A stretch of DNA of 64,000 nucleotides from Nitrosopumilales archaeon (GCA_044507735.1 JBIQJB010000003.1:1-64000); one strand, 5' to 3'; counted from the stretch's first letter, positions 9,101 to 19,567 are shown. Translations and numbers: made by a program. The notes: generated from the letters alone by a model not told the origin.

Positions 9101-10462
9101 CTACATGTGTACGTCAGCGACGTTGCCAGAAAAGACTTCTTTTGCGGCTCTCACAAGGATTTGTTTTTCCTTCTGGTCGTGCTTCTTGTCGATGTACACC
9201 CGCAGCCATGTGTGAAATGGGCTGTGCATGTACAGATCATGGATAAAGTTCCAACTCTCTACCGAGTCTGTGTCATGGTTATAGATATCAACTTCTGCAA
9301 TGTTTCTGAATGGATTGAGTGGCGTCTCTGGGATGTAAAATCCGGTGACGTAAAAGTTCAGTCCCCTTTGGACAATCTCGGAAATTTTCTTGTGAATAGC
9401 CTTCTGGTAATGTTCGCTTTTGAGGAGTTCTATCAGGAGTGACTCGTTGATGGGTTTTTGTTCCTCATAGGCCAGCCGCCATGGGATCCTCCTGTTCATA
9501 TAGTCACGTGTCATCTGGCTCAGCGTCTTGTCGCTACTGTTCTTCAACATCTGCATGAGGCTCTCTTCGTCCAGGTCTACATACTTGTTCAGATCCTCAA
9601 CATAAGGCAGGATCGCATCCGATGCCCTTTCAAGTATGTCCCGTATCATTCTGTCGGCTGCGCTGTTTGTCCTGTGGTAATACACAGTGTCAAACATCTG
9701 GTGTCTTGCAAAGAAGAAAGAAACGAGCGCTGCCTTTGAGCGCTTCTCAAGGCACATCTTGTCCCCGACTATTCTTGATGTAAGTATCAAACGCTGCCAC
9801 GCGATCTTTCCATACTCTACGCCCGTGTGATACGAGTCCCTCAGCAGATAATCGGTCGTATCTGCGCTGTACGGTCCTTTGATGATCTGCAAGAGCGCCT
9901 TTTCGACTGGGTTGAACTTTGCCAGTGAATCTTCTTGAGCCTTTACGACGTCTTTTACTGCAAGTCCTGTCTCTTTGAATTCCCTTGAAGCAAAAACATT
10001 GCAGATATCATCGTTTTCCTTGATGATCCGGATAGATAGCTTCTCATGGTTCAAGCCGATCTTGGACATGACGGCATTGTCAAAAGTATGCGAGAAGGGG
10101 CCGTGCCCTACATCGTGAAACAGCGCCCATAGCTTCACAAGCCTCTTGTAATGCAACTTTTCAGAATGCTTCAAGACACCGCTGCAAACCAGCTGCTCAA
10201 GGACGCTGTCTGCAAAGTAGGACGCTATGTGAAAGACGCCAAGAGTGTGTTCAAAGCGCGTGTGGTTTGCTCCAGGGTAGACAAAATGAGCGGTTTGCAG
10301 CTGCTTTACCCTCCTCAACCTCTGGAAGATAGGAGTATCAAGAAAGAGTTTCTCATGTGGTTCTAGAGTAATCGAACCATGGATTGGATCATGGACGAGC
10401 TCTCTAACAGGGGTCTTGAGTTCCTCGCGCTGGCTTACGAATCTGCCCACTCCACTTGGCAC
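9101..10462 (-). CDS. HD-domain phosphohydrolase, SAMHD1/YwfO-like dNTP triphosphohydrolase family
   Basis: DPIHG, FQRLRRVKQL, HTRFEHTLG, HDVGHGPFSH, DYLLRDS and VYYH motifs. Confidence 0.9.
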   Translation of the reverse strand: MPSGVGRFVSQREELKTPVRELVHDPIHGSITLEPHEKLFLDTPIFQRLRRVKQLQTAHFVYPGANHTRFEHTLGVFHIASYFADSVLEQLVCSGVLKHSEKLHYKRLVKLWALFHDVGHGPFSHTFDNAVMSKIGLNHEKLSIRIIKENDDICNVFASREFKETGLAVKDVVKAQEDSLAKFNPVEKALLQIIKGPYSADTTDYLLRDSYHTGVEYGKIAWQRLILTSRIVGDKMCLEKRSKAALVSFFFARHQMFDTVYYHRTNSAADRMIRDILERASDAILPYVEDLNKYVDLDEESLMQMLKNSSDKTLSQMTRDYMNRRIPWRLAYEEQKPINESLLIELLKSEHYQKAIHKKISEIVQRGLNFYVTGFYIPETPLNPFRNIAEVDIYNHDTDSVESWNFIHDLYMHSPFHTWLRVYIDKKHDQKEKQILVRAAKEVFSGNVADVHM

Positions 10463-10681
10463 ATCCCACGGTTATTCCTCTTGCGCTTTTAAGTTTCTGT
10501 TTCCAGTGCAGGCTGACCCTGCTAGCCGGGCGTCCCCTGTGCAGCGGGGTGATTAATTAATTGAGTGATCTCCCATCAGGTTACCAGAACCTGATGCAGT
10601 GAAAACTGCATCAATGCAGGACATCCCAGGACGCTTGCTGCATCATCATCGTTGTCATCAAAAAAGGGATGGAGGGCAGAC

Positions 10682-11404
10682 TCAGGGGCCAGAAGAAGTC
10701 GGCAGTCCCCGAGTTTCATTGCCTGAAGCAGTAGTTGCGTTATCATAGGTCGAAGTCTGCATTATTGCCTCTTTTGCCTGCTCTACTATATCATCAGGAT
10801 TCCCCGTTACAGTCCAGTGCATGAACAATAGCTTTGGCGACTCGTCAAGCATATGGTTGTGAATCGTGGTAATGGTCCAGTTGTACCCTTGCAGGACTTT
10901 TGTCACAGGGACCACTTCCGGGTCGATAAGCGAAAATTCGCCAAATGCTACCACCGTAGTGTCATTGCCACTGGCGCCAGAGCCTGCATCTTTTCCGCTA
11001 AATGCCCCTGTGTCATTGAGGACTTGCTCAGCAGGTATTAGCTCTATGTAGTGACCCATGCCTGAATAGTTGTTCATTATCATGCCATCGCTACGGATGA
11101 CTGCAGGCGCCTGTCGATATACTACCAGGTCGCACATATTATAGTCAGGTATGGCCTTTGCCACGAGCTCTTTTCCATATTGTACGCACTGCTCCACGTT
11201 GGTTGGAGGAAGGCTGTCTGGATGGAAAGTGAACTGGTCTGCAACATCGGGCTCTTCCAGTGGCTGGGGAGGAGTAGATTGGCTGCGGGAGGTTTCCGGA
11301 ACAGACTGTCCAAGAACACCGGACAGCGAAAAACCGCTTGCAGCCAGCACGGCGACCGTTGCTATCAATATTCCCTTATTGATCTTGCTTAACGATTGGT
11401 TCAT
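10682..11404 (-). CDS. Secreted DUF1259 (LppY/LpqO-like) domain protein
   Basis: Signal peptide; GEFSL..PEV..V...L and IHNHMLDESPKLLFMHW motifs. Confidence 0.75.
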   Translation of the reverse strand: MNQSLSKINKGILIATVAVLAASGFSLSGVLGQSVPETSRSQSTPPQPLEEPDVADQFTFHPDSLPPTNVEQCVQYGKELVAKAIPDYNMCDLVVYRQAPAVIRSDGMIMNNYSGMGHYIELIPAEQVLNDTGAFSGKDAGSGASGNDTTVVAFGEFSLIDPEVVPVTKVLQGYNWTITTIHNHMLDESPKLLFMHWTVTGNPDDIVEQAKEAIMQTSTYDNATTASGNETRGLPTSSGP

Positions 11405-11599
11405 TGCACCTCTCGAGTGTCAAAAGATATTAAGCGTTGTAACAGAAGAATCCGAAATTCCATCTCGTACTTGGAATACAGCGTTATTTCTTTAACGACA
11501 GGCACTATGCTTGTTTGGAAAGCCCTCTCCTCTTTGGCAACAATGTGGTCGACGGTGATGGCCGTCACCGACTCTCATCAACTTATCTAGCGGAAATAT

Positions 11600-12586
11600 T
11601 TATTCCAAGTAAAAATAATTTTCTTCGCTATTGTATTTGAGGCTAGAAAGAGGCAGTACAGTGAAGCCATTTTCGTGGAGATATGTCATCTCCTCTGCAA
11701 ACACGTCGATGTCTGTACTGGTCTCGAGCCTATCGTCATCTATTCTATGATAACCAATTATTGGTATGGCATCCAGCGTTCCATTCTTGTTATGTTCTTC
11801 ATATGGCCGATTAACCCTCTCGATGAATTCATCAAGTATTTTTTCATCATCATAGGAGAACTTTTTGTCGACCGAATTGTGACTCCAACCCCTAATAGAA
11901 TACCTGTTTGCAAAAGTTAAAGTTCCATCATCAGTACGAGTCCTGCAATCCTCTTGGTCTGAATGTTGCTTGTATCCATCACAATGCAAGAACATGGTCT
12001 CCTGGTATCCCTGTCGGGCAAATTCATAGTATTTTGCGATCATATCGATCACTGTTGCGTTGTTCCAGTCGCTACCGTGAGGCGATTCAAAGATAGTGGA
12101 GTTTATGCCATGCTCAGCCAAGCACTTTTTTGATTGACCTATCTCGAACTCTAGCTCGCTTGCAGACAAACTACCTAGGCGCTTGTGGTTCATTGTATGC
12201 GATTCTATGTCATGCCCTTCACTTTGCAATATTGCAATGTCTTCCCAAGTCATCTTGTCTTCGTTTTGTCCAACCTTGTTGCATATTACAAAGAAAGTAG
12301 CTTTAAACCCATACAGGTCCAGTATTGGCTTTGCGTTTTCAAATTGACTTTTCGGATTGTCGGAGAAGCCCAGGATTACCACCTTACTGTTATTGCTATT
12401 GATTGTATTGTTATTGCCGTCATCGCTGCTGATCTGCACGGCTGCATCCGGAACCGGTGTGGCAGCAGCGGTAGTAGTTGTAGCTGCCAGCAATAGAGGG
12501 GACACTACGATGGACGCCAAGAGAACAGCAATAGTTGCGGAAGTCACTGTTGCAGGTGAGCCAAATCTTTTTTCTCCCGTATTCAA
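11600..12586 (-). CDS. Secreted polysaccharide deacetylase (NodB/CE4) family protein
   Basis: LGFSD, KATFFV, IESHTMNH, FESPHG and IIGYH motifs; signal anchor. Confidence 0.85.
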   Translation of the reverse strand: MNTGEKRFGSPATVTSATIAVLLASIVVSPLLLAATTTTAAATPVPDAAVQISSDDGNNNTINSNNSKVVILGFSDNPKSQFENAKPILDLYGFKATFFVICNKVGQNEDKMTWEDIAILQSEGHDIESHTMNHKRLGSLSASELEFEIGQSKKCLAEHGINSTIFESPHGSDWNNATVIDMIAKYYEFARQGYQETMFLHCDGYKQHSDQEDCRTRTDDGTLTFANRYSIRGWSHNSVDKKFSYDDEKILDEFIERVNRPYEEHNKNGTLDAIPIIGYHRIDDDRLETSTDIDVFAEEMTYLHENGFTVLPLSSLKYNSEENYFYLE

Positions 12587-13253
12587 AACAAATCGAAACT
12601 CAATTCATTATTAATATTGAGTGAGACGCAAATTTCCATATCTCAATTGGCGTATTATCAAATATCACTTTCTTATTGGGAATGATGTGCTAACTCGGGG
12701 AACCTCAGTTTGAATGCGGAAGGGGATGGTCTTGAGATGTGACATCCAAAATGAATCGCCTCTCATGTCAACATCCTGACAACAGATCAAAGAATATTTG
12801 CGCATCGTCAGGATACTTCTGCTATAGCTTTCTCACTGGCTATGTAAACACCACGGGCTCTAGAAACGCCCACCACGGTAAGAATTGAGAATTGTGGCTT
12901 ACTCGCTCACTTGACGTCAACCCGCACCTTCCAATTGCAATTGTTGACCGAGCGCCGCGATTATGGGTACGCGCTCATACAGAAATTCAAAACTTGAAAG
13001 AGGGCATGACGTCCTACATGATTTACTTGTCAACATGTGAGTTTCAGTTCTGAAACCTCTCTGCGCCCGATGCATCTCTACGATATGCTACTAAACAACA
13101 ACCACTTGTGCATCGCCAGCAACTACAAGCAGGTGAGCCAAAAAGACGGGTCAAACAGGCATTAGACGATTGCCGATATTTGGTTGTCGAGTCCAGGATG
13201 TACTTCGGCATCTTTATCTTGGATTAGTTTCATATTTAGATATACATCAAGAA

Positions 13254-13646
13254 ATGGCCACCAATCCTAGAGACATATGTATCGAGATCCTCTCGCTGGA
13301 CAATTCAATACGCTTTGCGAGCATCGCAAACGAGATGGGAAGGGTGGTGGCCAAGGAATTCAGAGAAGATGTGACTCCTTTGCTTTCACTCGAAGAGGTA
13401 GAGAGCTACACCGTCAAGTCAGTCCTTCGGATGAGGACGAGGGAAGACTATGAAGCGAAACTCGGTAAAGCCATATACACATTCACTCTCTACGAAAAAG
13501 TCAAGAGGGCATCAATTCCGCTAGGTCACCGCGAGTATGCTCTGCTGATGGTGTCATTTGAGAGGCAAGCAGACCATGAAGACATTATATTGAAAAAGAT
13601 ATTTCCAGTCTTGAAGGAAAAGGGACTTCTCAAGAACCATCAATGA
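13254..13646 (+). CDS. Thaumarchaeal roadblock/profilin-like small protein (DUF6659-like)
   Basis: C..ILSLD..IRFASI...G, PLLS, LG...Y....YEKVKRASIP pattern typical of this expanded AOA family. Confidence 0.7.
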   Translation: MATNPRDICIEILSLDNSIRFASIANEMGRVVAKEFREDVTPLLSLEEVESYTVKSVLRMRTREDYEAKLGKAIYTFTLYEKVKRASIPLGHREYALLMVSFERQADHEDIILKKIFPVLKEKGLLKNHQ

Positions 13647-13760
13647 GAGATGGATCCCACGACTGCAAGTTGCAACGAAAAGCAAGTCCCTCTACTTTTA
13701 AGATTGGTAACTCCCGTGCGCAAGGCTTTTTTGGAATGGCGTACAGTATATGACACACAA

Positions 13761-13979
13761 ATGACAGACGAGCTCTGCCCAGTTTGCGGCCTAAAATTCA
13801 CTGAAACTAGCAGAGGGATAATTGTAGGCAACAAGCCATATCACGACAAGTGCATATCAGTACTGAAATGTGACAATTGCGGGGTAACAATGGGATACTT
13901 GGCAAGAAATGCCGCGATTGAAGGGAGGAACCCAAAGACGTTCTGTGCAGCATGTTCAACAATGGTCACTGGAGAGTAG
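13761..13979 (+). CDS. Small double zinc-finger (LIM-like) protein
   Basis: CPVC...HDKC...CDNC...CAAC in 72 aa. Confidence 0.65.
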   Translation: MTDELCPVCGLKFTETSRGIIVGNKPYHDKCISVLKCDNCGVTMGYLARNAAIEGRNPKTFCAACSTMVTGE

Positions 13980-14109
13980 CAGCAACCATTCAGGAGCCTT
14001 CCTGTCAAATTCTGCAAAAGTGGTTCAAGGTGCTCTTGCCCATGCTCAAACTCAGAGAGTGTTTTTTTTGCGGGCTGATTGGGAGACAGTGCGGAACACA
14101 ATATAGCTA

Positions 14110-15180
14110 TTATGGGACGATCACGGCTCTCCCATTGATTTCTCCCTTTCTTAGGTGGTCTATTGCTTGGTTGACCTCTTGCAGTGGAAATTTCTGGTAG
14201 ACGTGTTTGATCTTCCGCTGGCTTGCCAGCTCTATCACTTCCTTGAGTTCGTTATAATTACCCCACAGCGAAGTGATCAGCTGGTACTCGTTTACTACAG
14301 CCGGCAAGAGCGGGATCTTTATCTCGGCACCGAACAGTCCTACCACAACCAGCGCGCCACCTTTTGCCAGCATCCTTACCCCGTTGGCTATTGTATTCTC
14401 TGCGCCCACAGTATCAATTACCACGTCCACCCCTCTGCCATCTGTCAGCTCCAACACCTCGTCACGCATGTTCCGGACAGTTGCCAAGTTTACCGTTCGA
14501 TCGGCGCCAAATTTCTTTGCAAGGTTGAGCCTATCGTCCTTCCTGTCTACGGCAACAATGGTCGAGTGTGGTGCGAGCAGCCTAGCATACTGGATGCCAT
14601 AAGTGCCTAAACCACCCATCCCAAATACTGCGATGCTTGTCCCCGGACCCAGCATGTGCGACACTTTCTTGACTGCCCTGTACGGGGTCAGTCCCGCATC
14701 CGTCAGGGGCGCAAGCTCCTCAGGAGTGAGCCTGCCCTTTCCGGAAATCTTGACGAGGAATCTGTACGAGGGCACAATCATGTATTCAGAGTACCCGCCG
14801 TCGTGCTGCGACAAGCCGGGCCACTGAGGGGCAACGCAGAGCTGCTCGTCACCCCTCTTGCAGAAGGTGCAGATGCCACAGCCCCATCCACCGAAAACTG
14901 CAACTAGCTCGCCCTTGCTGAACAGCCCTTGGGGCACCCTGTCGCCAATTGCCTCGACCCAGCCAGCGTTTTCATGGCCGGGAATCAGAGGCAGCTCTAG
15001 CGGCATTGCTTCTTTCCAGTCTCCGTCTATTAGATGCAGGTCGCTGTGGCACAGCCCCGCTGCGCCCACCCGGACTAGGACGGCCTCCCCTTGGATGTTG
15101 CTAGGCTTTGGGACATCTTCAACGACCAGCGGCTGTTGGTATTGATGGATGCGCGCCGAGAGCATGATGTTGTTACTCAT
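14110..15180 (-). CDS. Zn-dependent NAD(P) alcohol dehydrogenase (MDR)
   Basis: GLCHSDLH, GHE, CGICTFC...C and GMGGLG motifs. Confidence 0.93.
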   Translation of the reverse strand: MSNNIMLSARIHQYQQPLVVEDVPKPSNIQGEAVLVRVGAAGLCHSDLHLIDGDWKEAMPLELPLIPGHENAGWVEAIGDRVPQGLFSKGELVAVFGGWGCGICTFCKRGDEQLCVAPQWPGLSQHDGGYSEYMIVPSYRFLVKISGKGRLTPEELAPLTDAGLTPYRAVKKVSHMLGPGTSIAVFGMGGLGTYGIQYARLLAPHSTIVAVDRKDDRLNLAKKFGADRTVNLATVRNMRDEVLELTDGRGVDVVIDTVGAENTIANGVRMLAKGGALVVVGLFGAEIKIPLLPAVVNEYQLITSLWGNYNELKEVIELASQRKIKHVYQKFPLQEVNQAIDHLRKGEINGRAVIVP

Positions 15181-15287
15181 GTTGTATTCACCATTTTTTT
15201 CTATTTACATATTGTTGGTGGGTATTCAGGCGATGCTTTGATTGTCGCTGTGCAATAGTAGCTTGCATTGTGCATTCTCGCTACCTC

Positions 15288-16118
15288 CTATGATTTTGAC
15301 GTTCTGAGGCCCTTCATCACCACATCCCAAGGAGTTACAATAGAGTCATGAGCCAGCAGGAGGCAAGGGGTATCGAGGTGTAGCAAGAGTTCAGCAGCCA
15401 AACCCGCGGGCGCATCCCGGTCAACAGATCTGGCCGGAGCTAGCTCCAGGATATTGATTTGAGTCTCAAACAGTCCGTCCAGACCCTTCGACACGATGGC
15501 CTCTCTTCCTCCATAGCTTACGAGGTATTCGAGTATCTTGCGATCATTCAAGACTGCGATATTGGCGCTATTGTTGTCCTTGACGATCACGTTTCGAATG
15601 TCCTGCTCCAGCATCATTTCCAGAGCTTCCCCTATGCTTGCGTTGTCATTCTTTACCGCGACCAAGGGAGAAGACAATCGTTCGATCGGCGTTTCCAGCT
15701 TTGAAGCTACTACGACCCTAAGCACATCGCGTACGGACAGCGAAGTGGCCACGCTCTGCTTGACAGTTATTGGCACAAATCCAAATCCAGTCTTGTCAAA
15801 GACATCCAATGCGACCCTAAGGGGGTAGTCAGCCTGCACTGCGTGTCCAGCCCTGTTCATCACCATTGATGTAGTGTCCTGCATCCAATCCCTTGGGTGG
15901 TATAGTATGTGTTCGATGATTTGCCTACCACCGATAGTGCCTACCACAGCCTTCTGGTTGTCAAGAACCACGACGCCATCGACATAGATCTGAGGGCCAA
16001 TAGCCAGGAATGTGGCAACTTGCAGTAGCGGATCTGACGGGCTGGCGGAGAGGAGTGGTCGCTTGAAAATGTGGGGTACCGCATCAAATATCGGCCGCTC
16101 TACTTCTGCAAGCTGCAT
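15288..16118 (-). CDS. Multi-CBS-domain protein
   Basis: Repeated CBS-like segments (ALEMMLEQDIRNVIV, SVRDVL, TPWDVV). Confidence 0.8.
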   Translation of the reverse strand: MQLAEVERPIFDAVPHIFKRPLLSASPSDPLLQVATFLAIGPQIYVDGVVVLDNQKAVVGTIGGRQIIEHILYHPRDWMQDTTSMVMNRAGHAVQADYPLRVALDVFDKTGFGFVPITVKQSVATSLSVRDVLRVVVASKLETPIERLSSPLVAVKNDNASIGEALEMMLEQDIRNVIVKDNNSANIAVLNDRKILEYLVSYGGREAIVSKGLDGLFETQINILELAPARSVDRDAPAGLAAELLLHLDTPCLLLAHDSIVTPWDVVMKGLRTSKS

Positions 16119-16130
16119 ATCACATTCCTC

Positions 16131-16301
16131 CTAGTCAAGAGTCGCATAGCCTAGTAGCTTTAGGAGTCTTTTCACCGTCATCTGATCCATCCCTACCTGA
16201 TCAGAGATGTCCTTTATCGAAATCCCTGCTTCATACATCTTGGACATCTGCTTTAGAATTCTTGCGTCTATCCTCGTTGTATTTACTACGATACCCGTCA
16301 T
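16131..16301 (-). CDS. 56-aa helix-turn-helix microprotein (not in the ORF track)
   Basis: MTGIVVNTTRIDARILKQMSKMYEAGISIKDISDQVGMDQMTVKRLLKLLGYATLD; TATA-like TTTATC about 25 nt upstream; first gene ahead of the CBS gene. Confidence 0.75.
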   Translation of the reverse strand: MTGIVVNTTRIDARILKQMSKMYEAGISIKDISDQVGMDQMTVKRLLKLLGYATLD

Positions 16302-16344
16302 GAGTTATTATCGACAGACAGCGGGATAAAGACTAGGAATTTTG

Positions 16345-16359
16345 TGCATTGCAGTGCAA
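16345..16359. promoter_or_regulatory. (TGCAN)3 element
   Basis: TGCAT TGCAG TGCAA about 14 bp upstream of the TATA box of the HTH-CBS unit. Confidence 0.65.
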
Positions 16360-16891
16360 TCACGAAGCTATGGAGAACCACCGTATTCCGGTAGACGGTA
16401 AAGGCGGCATGGCAATTGCTCAGTCCAGCTGGCGTGATAGCCTTCGCTACTTCGCATTCACCTTGCTGTTTGACAACCCCAAGTTGTATGCATCCATCTA
16501 GGTCAGGGCGAATTTTCTGCGATCTCGTAGATCGCAAAAAGATGGTCAGGTCAAGTTTACACGATCCAAACAGCAATTTCTACTCCACAAACTAGGGATA
16601 CAAAAACCACCCACATTGACCAAAGAGCCTGTAGAGTTAGTCAACGCGTCGTTTCCATTTTTTTCTCAGGGCATCCGTCCTGACCGTTGCGCGCGAAATT
16701 CCACTCTTGCCCCATACCGATATCTCGATTATTAGGAGCAACTGCGAGCTCCTGTCTGCACCATATGGGGCAATGGACCAAGCTTATTGCTTACAAAGTC
16801 GGTCTAAAGACGTCCAGGGGCGGAAGGGTATGGATAAGTCTTGAAGCTTTATTTGTGATATAGAATCGATAAAGGTGGAGTTAGGAACGGC

Positions 16892-18268
16892 ATGAACATG
16901 ACCCAATTGACACTACCATTTCTGGATGCTTACTTGCACGGTATCAGACTGGCAAATGCATACTATTCAGTGTATTTGCGATCATTTGAAAGAGCGGTTA
17001 CAGAAGAAAGGAACGCCATGGCTGAAGCCGTGACAGAGTGGGGCAGAGGTAAGGGAACGGGTTCCTACAACATGGTGCAATCGATCTACAACAAGTGGCT
17101 AGCCAATGTCGACAAGGAACTAGAAGCAGAATTGAAATCTGAGCATTTCACCAGTCTGCTCGCAAGATACACTCAGTTGCTCTTGGATCAGCGTTCAATC
17201 TTCAGAAAGGCGGGCTATCCGGTAGACTACATGGACCGTCTGTTTGACTGGTCCGTCAGAAGCCACCTGGTTTTTTCGCTCATCCCAAAGGAATCGCATC
17301 TGACACCACACGATGTGGTATACAGGAAGGGAAAGGTGCGACTGCTCCACTATCGCACTCACGGACATGAGGAACCCGGTGCGAAAAAGCAGCCACTTCT
17401 GATAATCTACGCGCCCATCAACACCTTCCACATACTGGACCTGAATCCTAGGCGAAGTGTGGTTAGAGACCTCCTTTCGTCAGGAGGCCTGGATATCTAC
17501 CTGCTTGATTGGGGTTACCCCGACTGGAATGATGACCACCTGTCCTTCGACGACTATATCGGACACGTGCATGACGCCGTTAAAGTGGTAAAGGATCAAA
17601 CCAAGGAAGACAAGGTATCGATTCTCGGATACTGCTGGGGCGGAATATTCGCACTCGTCCATGCTGCCCTGAATCCTGAAGAGGTCAGGAACTTGGTCCT
17701 CATGGCCGTTCCGGTAGATTTCAGCAAGGACGACACCATACTTGCAAAGTGGTCGAAGGTGATTGATGTTGATGGAATGATGGACGAGTTCGGGCACATG
17801 GACGGCCAGGTACTTGATCTGGGTTTTCTGATGCGAAATCCGCCCAGATATGGCTTTGACAAGTACTTGAAACTCTTCCAGAAAGTTCATGACAGCGAAT
17901 TTGTCGACACCTTCATTGATGTCGAAAGGTGGCTGTACGATACTCCCCCGATACCCGGTCTCCTGCACCGCCAAATCATCAACGACTGTTACAGGAATAA
18001 CCTGTTGGTATCAGGCGGTATGGAGATTGTCAAAGACGGCAAGAAGAGCAGAGTTGATCTTGGCCGGATTTCCATGCCGGTGCTATCCATAATAGCAGAG
18101 AAGGATGACCTCGTTTCTCCTGCAGCCTCCGCAGCAGTAAACGACCACATATCAAGCAAAGACAAGTCAGTTCTGAATAACCCGGGCGGTCACGTTGCGC
18201 TATGTATTAGCAACTACTCGCACAGAAAGCTCTGGCCAGAGGTGGCAAGATGGCTCTTCTCAAGATAG
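16892..18268 (+). CDS. phaC: Class III-type polyhydroxyalkanoate synthase with an N-terminal PhaE-like extension
   Basis: TPHDVVY, PLLIIYAPIN...ILDL, YLLDWGYP, GYCWGG (catalytic Cys), EKDDLV, GGHV. Confidence 0.88.
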   Translation: MNMTQLTLPFLDAYLHGIRLANAYYSVYLRSFERAVTEERNAMAEAVTEWGRGKGTGSYNMVQSIYNKWLANVDKELEAELKSEHFTSLLARYTQLLLDQRSIFRKAGYPVDYMDRLFDWSVRSHLVFSLIPKESHLTPHDVVYRKGKVRLLHYRTHGHEEPGAKKQPLLIIYAPINTFHILDLNPRRSVVRDLLSSGGLDIYLLDWGYPDWNDDHLSFDDYIGHVHDAVKVVKDQTKEDKVSILGYCWGGIFALVHAALNPEEVRNLVLMAVPVDFSKDDTILAKWSKVIDVDGMMDEFGHMDGQVLDLGFLMRNPPRYGFDKYLKLFQKVHDSEFVDTFIDVERWLYDTPPIPGLLHRQIINDCYRNNLLVSGGMEIVKDGKKSRVDLGRISMPVLSIIAEKDDLVSPAASAAVNDHISSKDKSVLNNPGGHVALCISNYSHRKLWPEVARWLFSR

Positions 18269-18308
18269 GGTTGAAGGATGATAACTTTTTGCTCGAGGCA
18301 TCATTGCC

Positions 18309-18758
18309 CTAGAAAAAGAGCTCCCATACTTCTGATGCGGCGAGATCTTCGTCGGTCAGATTTCTCTTGAGATACCTTGCAAGGTCAGTAACCGTAATGA
18401 TACCAACAATATCTTGACTGGTCGCATCCTCAACCAAGAGATGTCTGAGCTTCTTTTGGCCCATTACCCTCGCGGCATCTTCTACAGACGAGCCTTTCTC
18501 TATAGATACTACAGGGTATGACATCAATGACCCGGTGCTGATGCTGCTTGGCGACATCCCGCTTGCAACGACCTTTACGACATCACGCTCAGTCAGTATC
18601 CCGATAATCTTGTCCTTTTCGTCGGTTATCGCGATTGAGCTTATGTTGCGATCCATCATCCTCTTTGCGGCATCAAATACGCTGTCCTTCCATCCCATCG
18701 TAATCATCCTAGTGGTCATGTAGTCCGCTACTGTCGCCCCATTGTTGTTCGGCGCCAT
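18309..18758 (-). CDS. CBS-domain protein
   Basis: VADYMT, GILTERD and GIITVTD motifs; ATG 18758 is about 25 nt after the TATA box. Confidence 0.9.
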   Translation of the reverse strand: MAPNNNGATVADYMTTRMITMGWKDSVFDAAKRMMDRNISSIAITDEKDKIIGILTERDVVKVVASGMSPSSISTGSLMSYPVVSIEKGSSVEDAARVMGQKKLRHLLVEDATSQDIVGIITVTDLARYLKRNLTDEDLAASEVWELFF

Positions 18759-18800
18759 TCCACAGGTAAGTTTGTCATCGAATAATATATTCTGACTGAA

Positions 18801-18820
18801 TGTAGTGCCCTGCACTGCAA
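18801..18820. promoter_or_regulatory. (TGCAN)-type element shared by two divergent promoters
   Basis: TGTAG TGCCC TGCAC TGCAA about 10 bp from a TATA-like box on each side. Confidence 0.55.
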
Positions 18821-18857
18821 ACATCCACCATATATCTAGGGGCACCAAAGCTGACCC

Positions 18858-19124
18858 ATGCAACAGGAATACACCTGCGGAGAAGGTGCGGGCTATTTTG
18901 CAGAAACTCACATCTTGGTGATGGACGAATCAGTATGTGTTGCCGATGCTGCAAGGGCCATGCGTCAAAAGGGTGTGTCAAGCGTCCTTGTGAGCAGGAA
19001 TGGCAACAATGAGCCTGTTGGAATAGTCACAGAAAAAGAGGTTCTTTACCGGCTCGTCGCAGAGGACAGGAGTCCGTTCAGGACGGTTCTCAAAGACATC
19101 ATGAGCCCCCTGGATAATCAGTGA
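18858..19124 (+). pseudogene. Truncated CBS-domain gene
   Basis: One CBS unit (VADAARAMRQKGVSSVLV...GIVTEKE...DIMSP) followed by a premature stop. Confidence 0.65.
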
Positions 19125-19567
19125 CGGATGTGCAGCCGATAACTGATAGCCAATTGGAGGAGCTGCGAGATAGTGTCCAAAAGTGACAACAATATCTTAG
19201 CTGAAATTGTAAACGAATCGTTGCATACCAATCCTGTCCATGTGCCCGAGCGGACCCGCTCCTTTTTCACTTTTGGTCGCGATTCTGATAAAAGGAATCA
19301 TCAAAGCAAGCATATTTTTGAACCCCGATTCAACTACCAAGAACATGACGAGGCTGCGGTCACTTCCAGGAGTGTGGATTCAGCACATGCCACCTTCAAC
19401 TGCTTTCCATTGATTATGTTCCCGAGTGCCCAGCTTTCAAGCGTTCAGCGTGGCAAAAAACCCCGCTATCCAGTTCACTGCAGAAGCATCGGCATCACCA
19501 CAAACCGAAATTGTCAGTAGCAACTCACAAGATGGTTTTTAAACCCGCTCACCGAAATTATGGATGG

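Noticed and set aside
12600-13250. Long gene-free gap (similar gaps at 19130-19500, 22920-23340, 46300-47000)
   Set aside because: No ORF, repeat or RNA structure could be supported; probably decayed sequence
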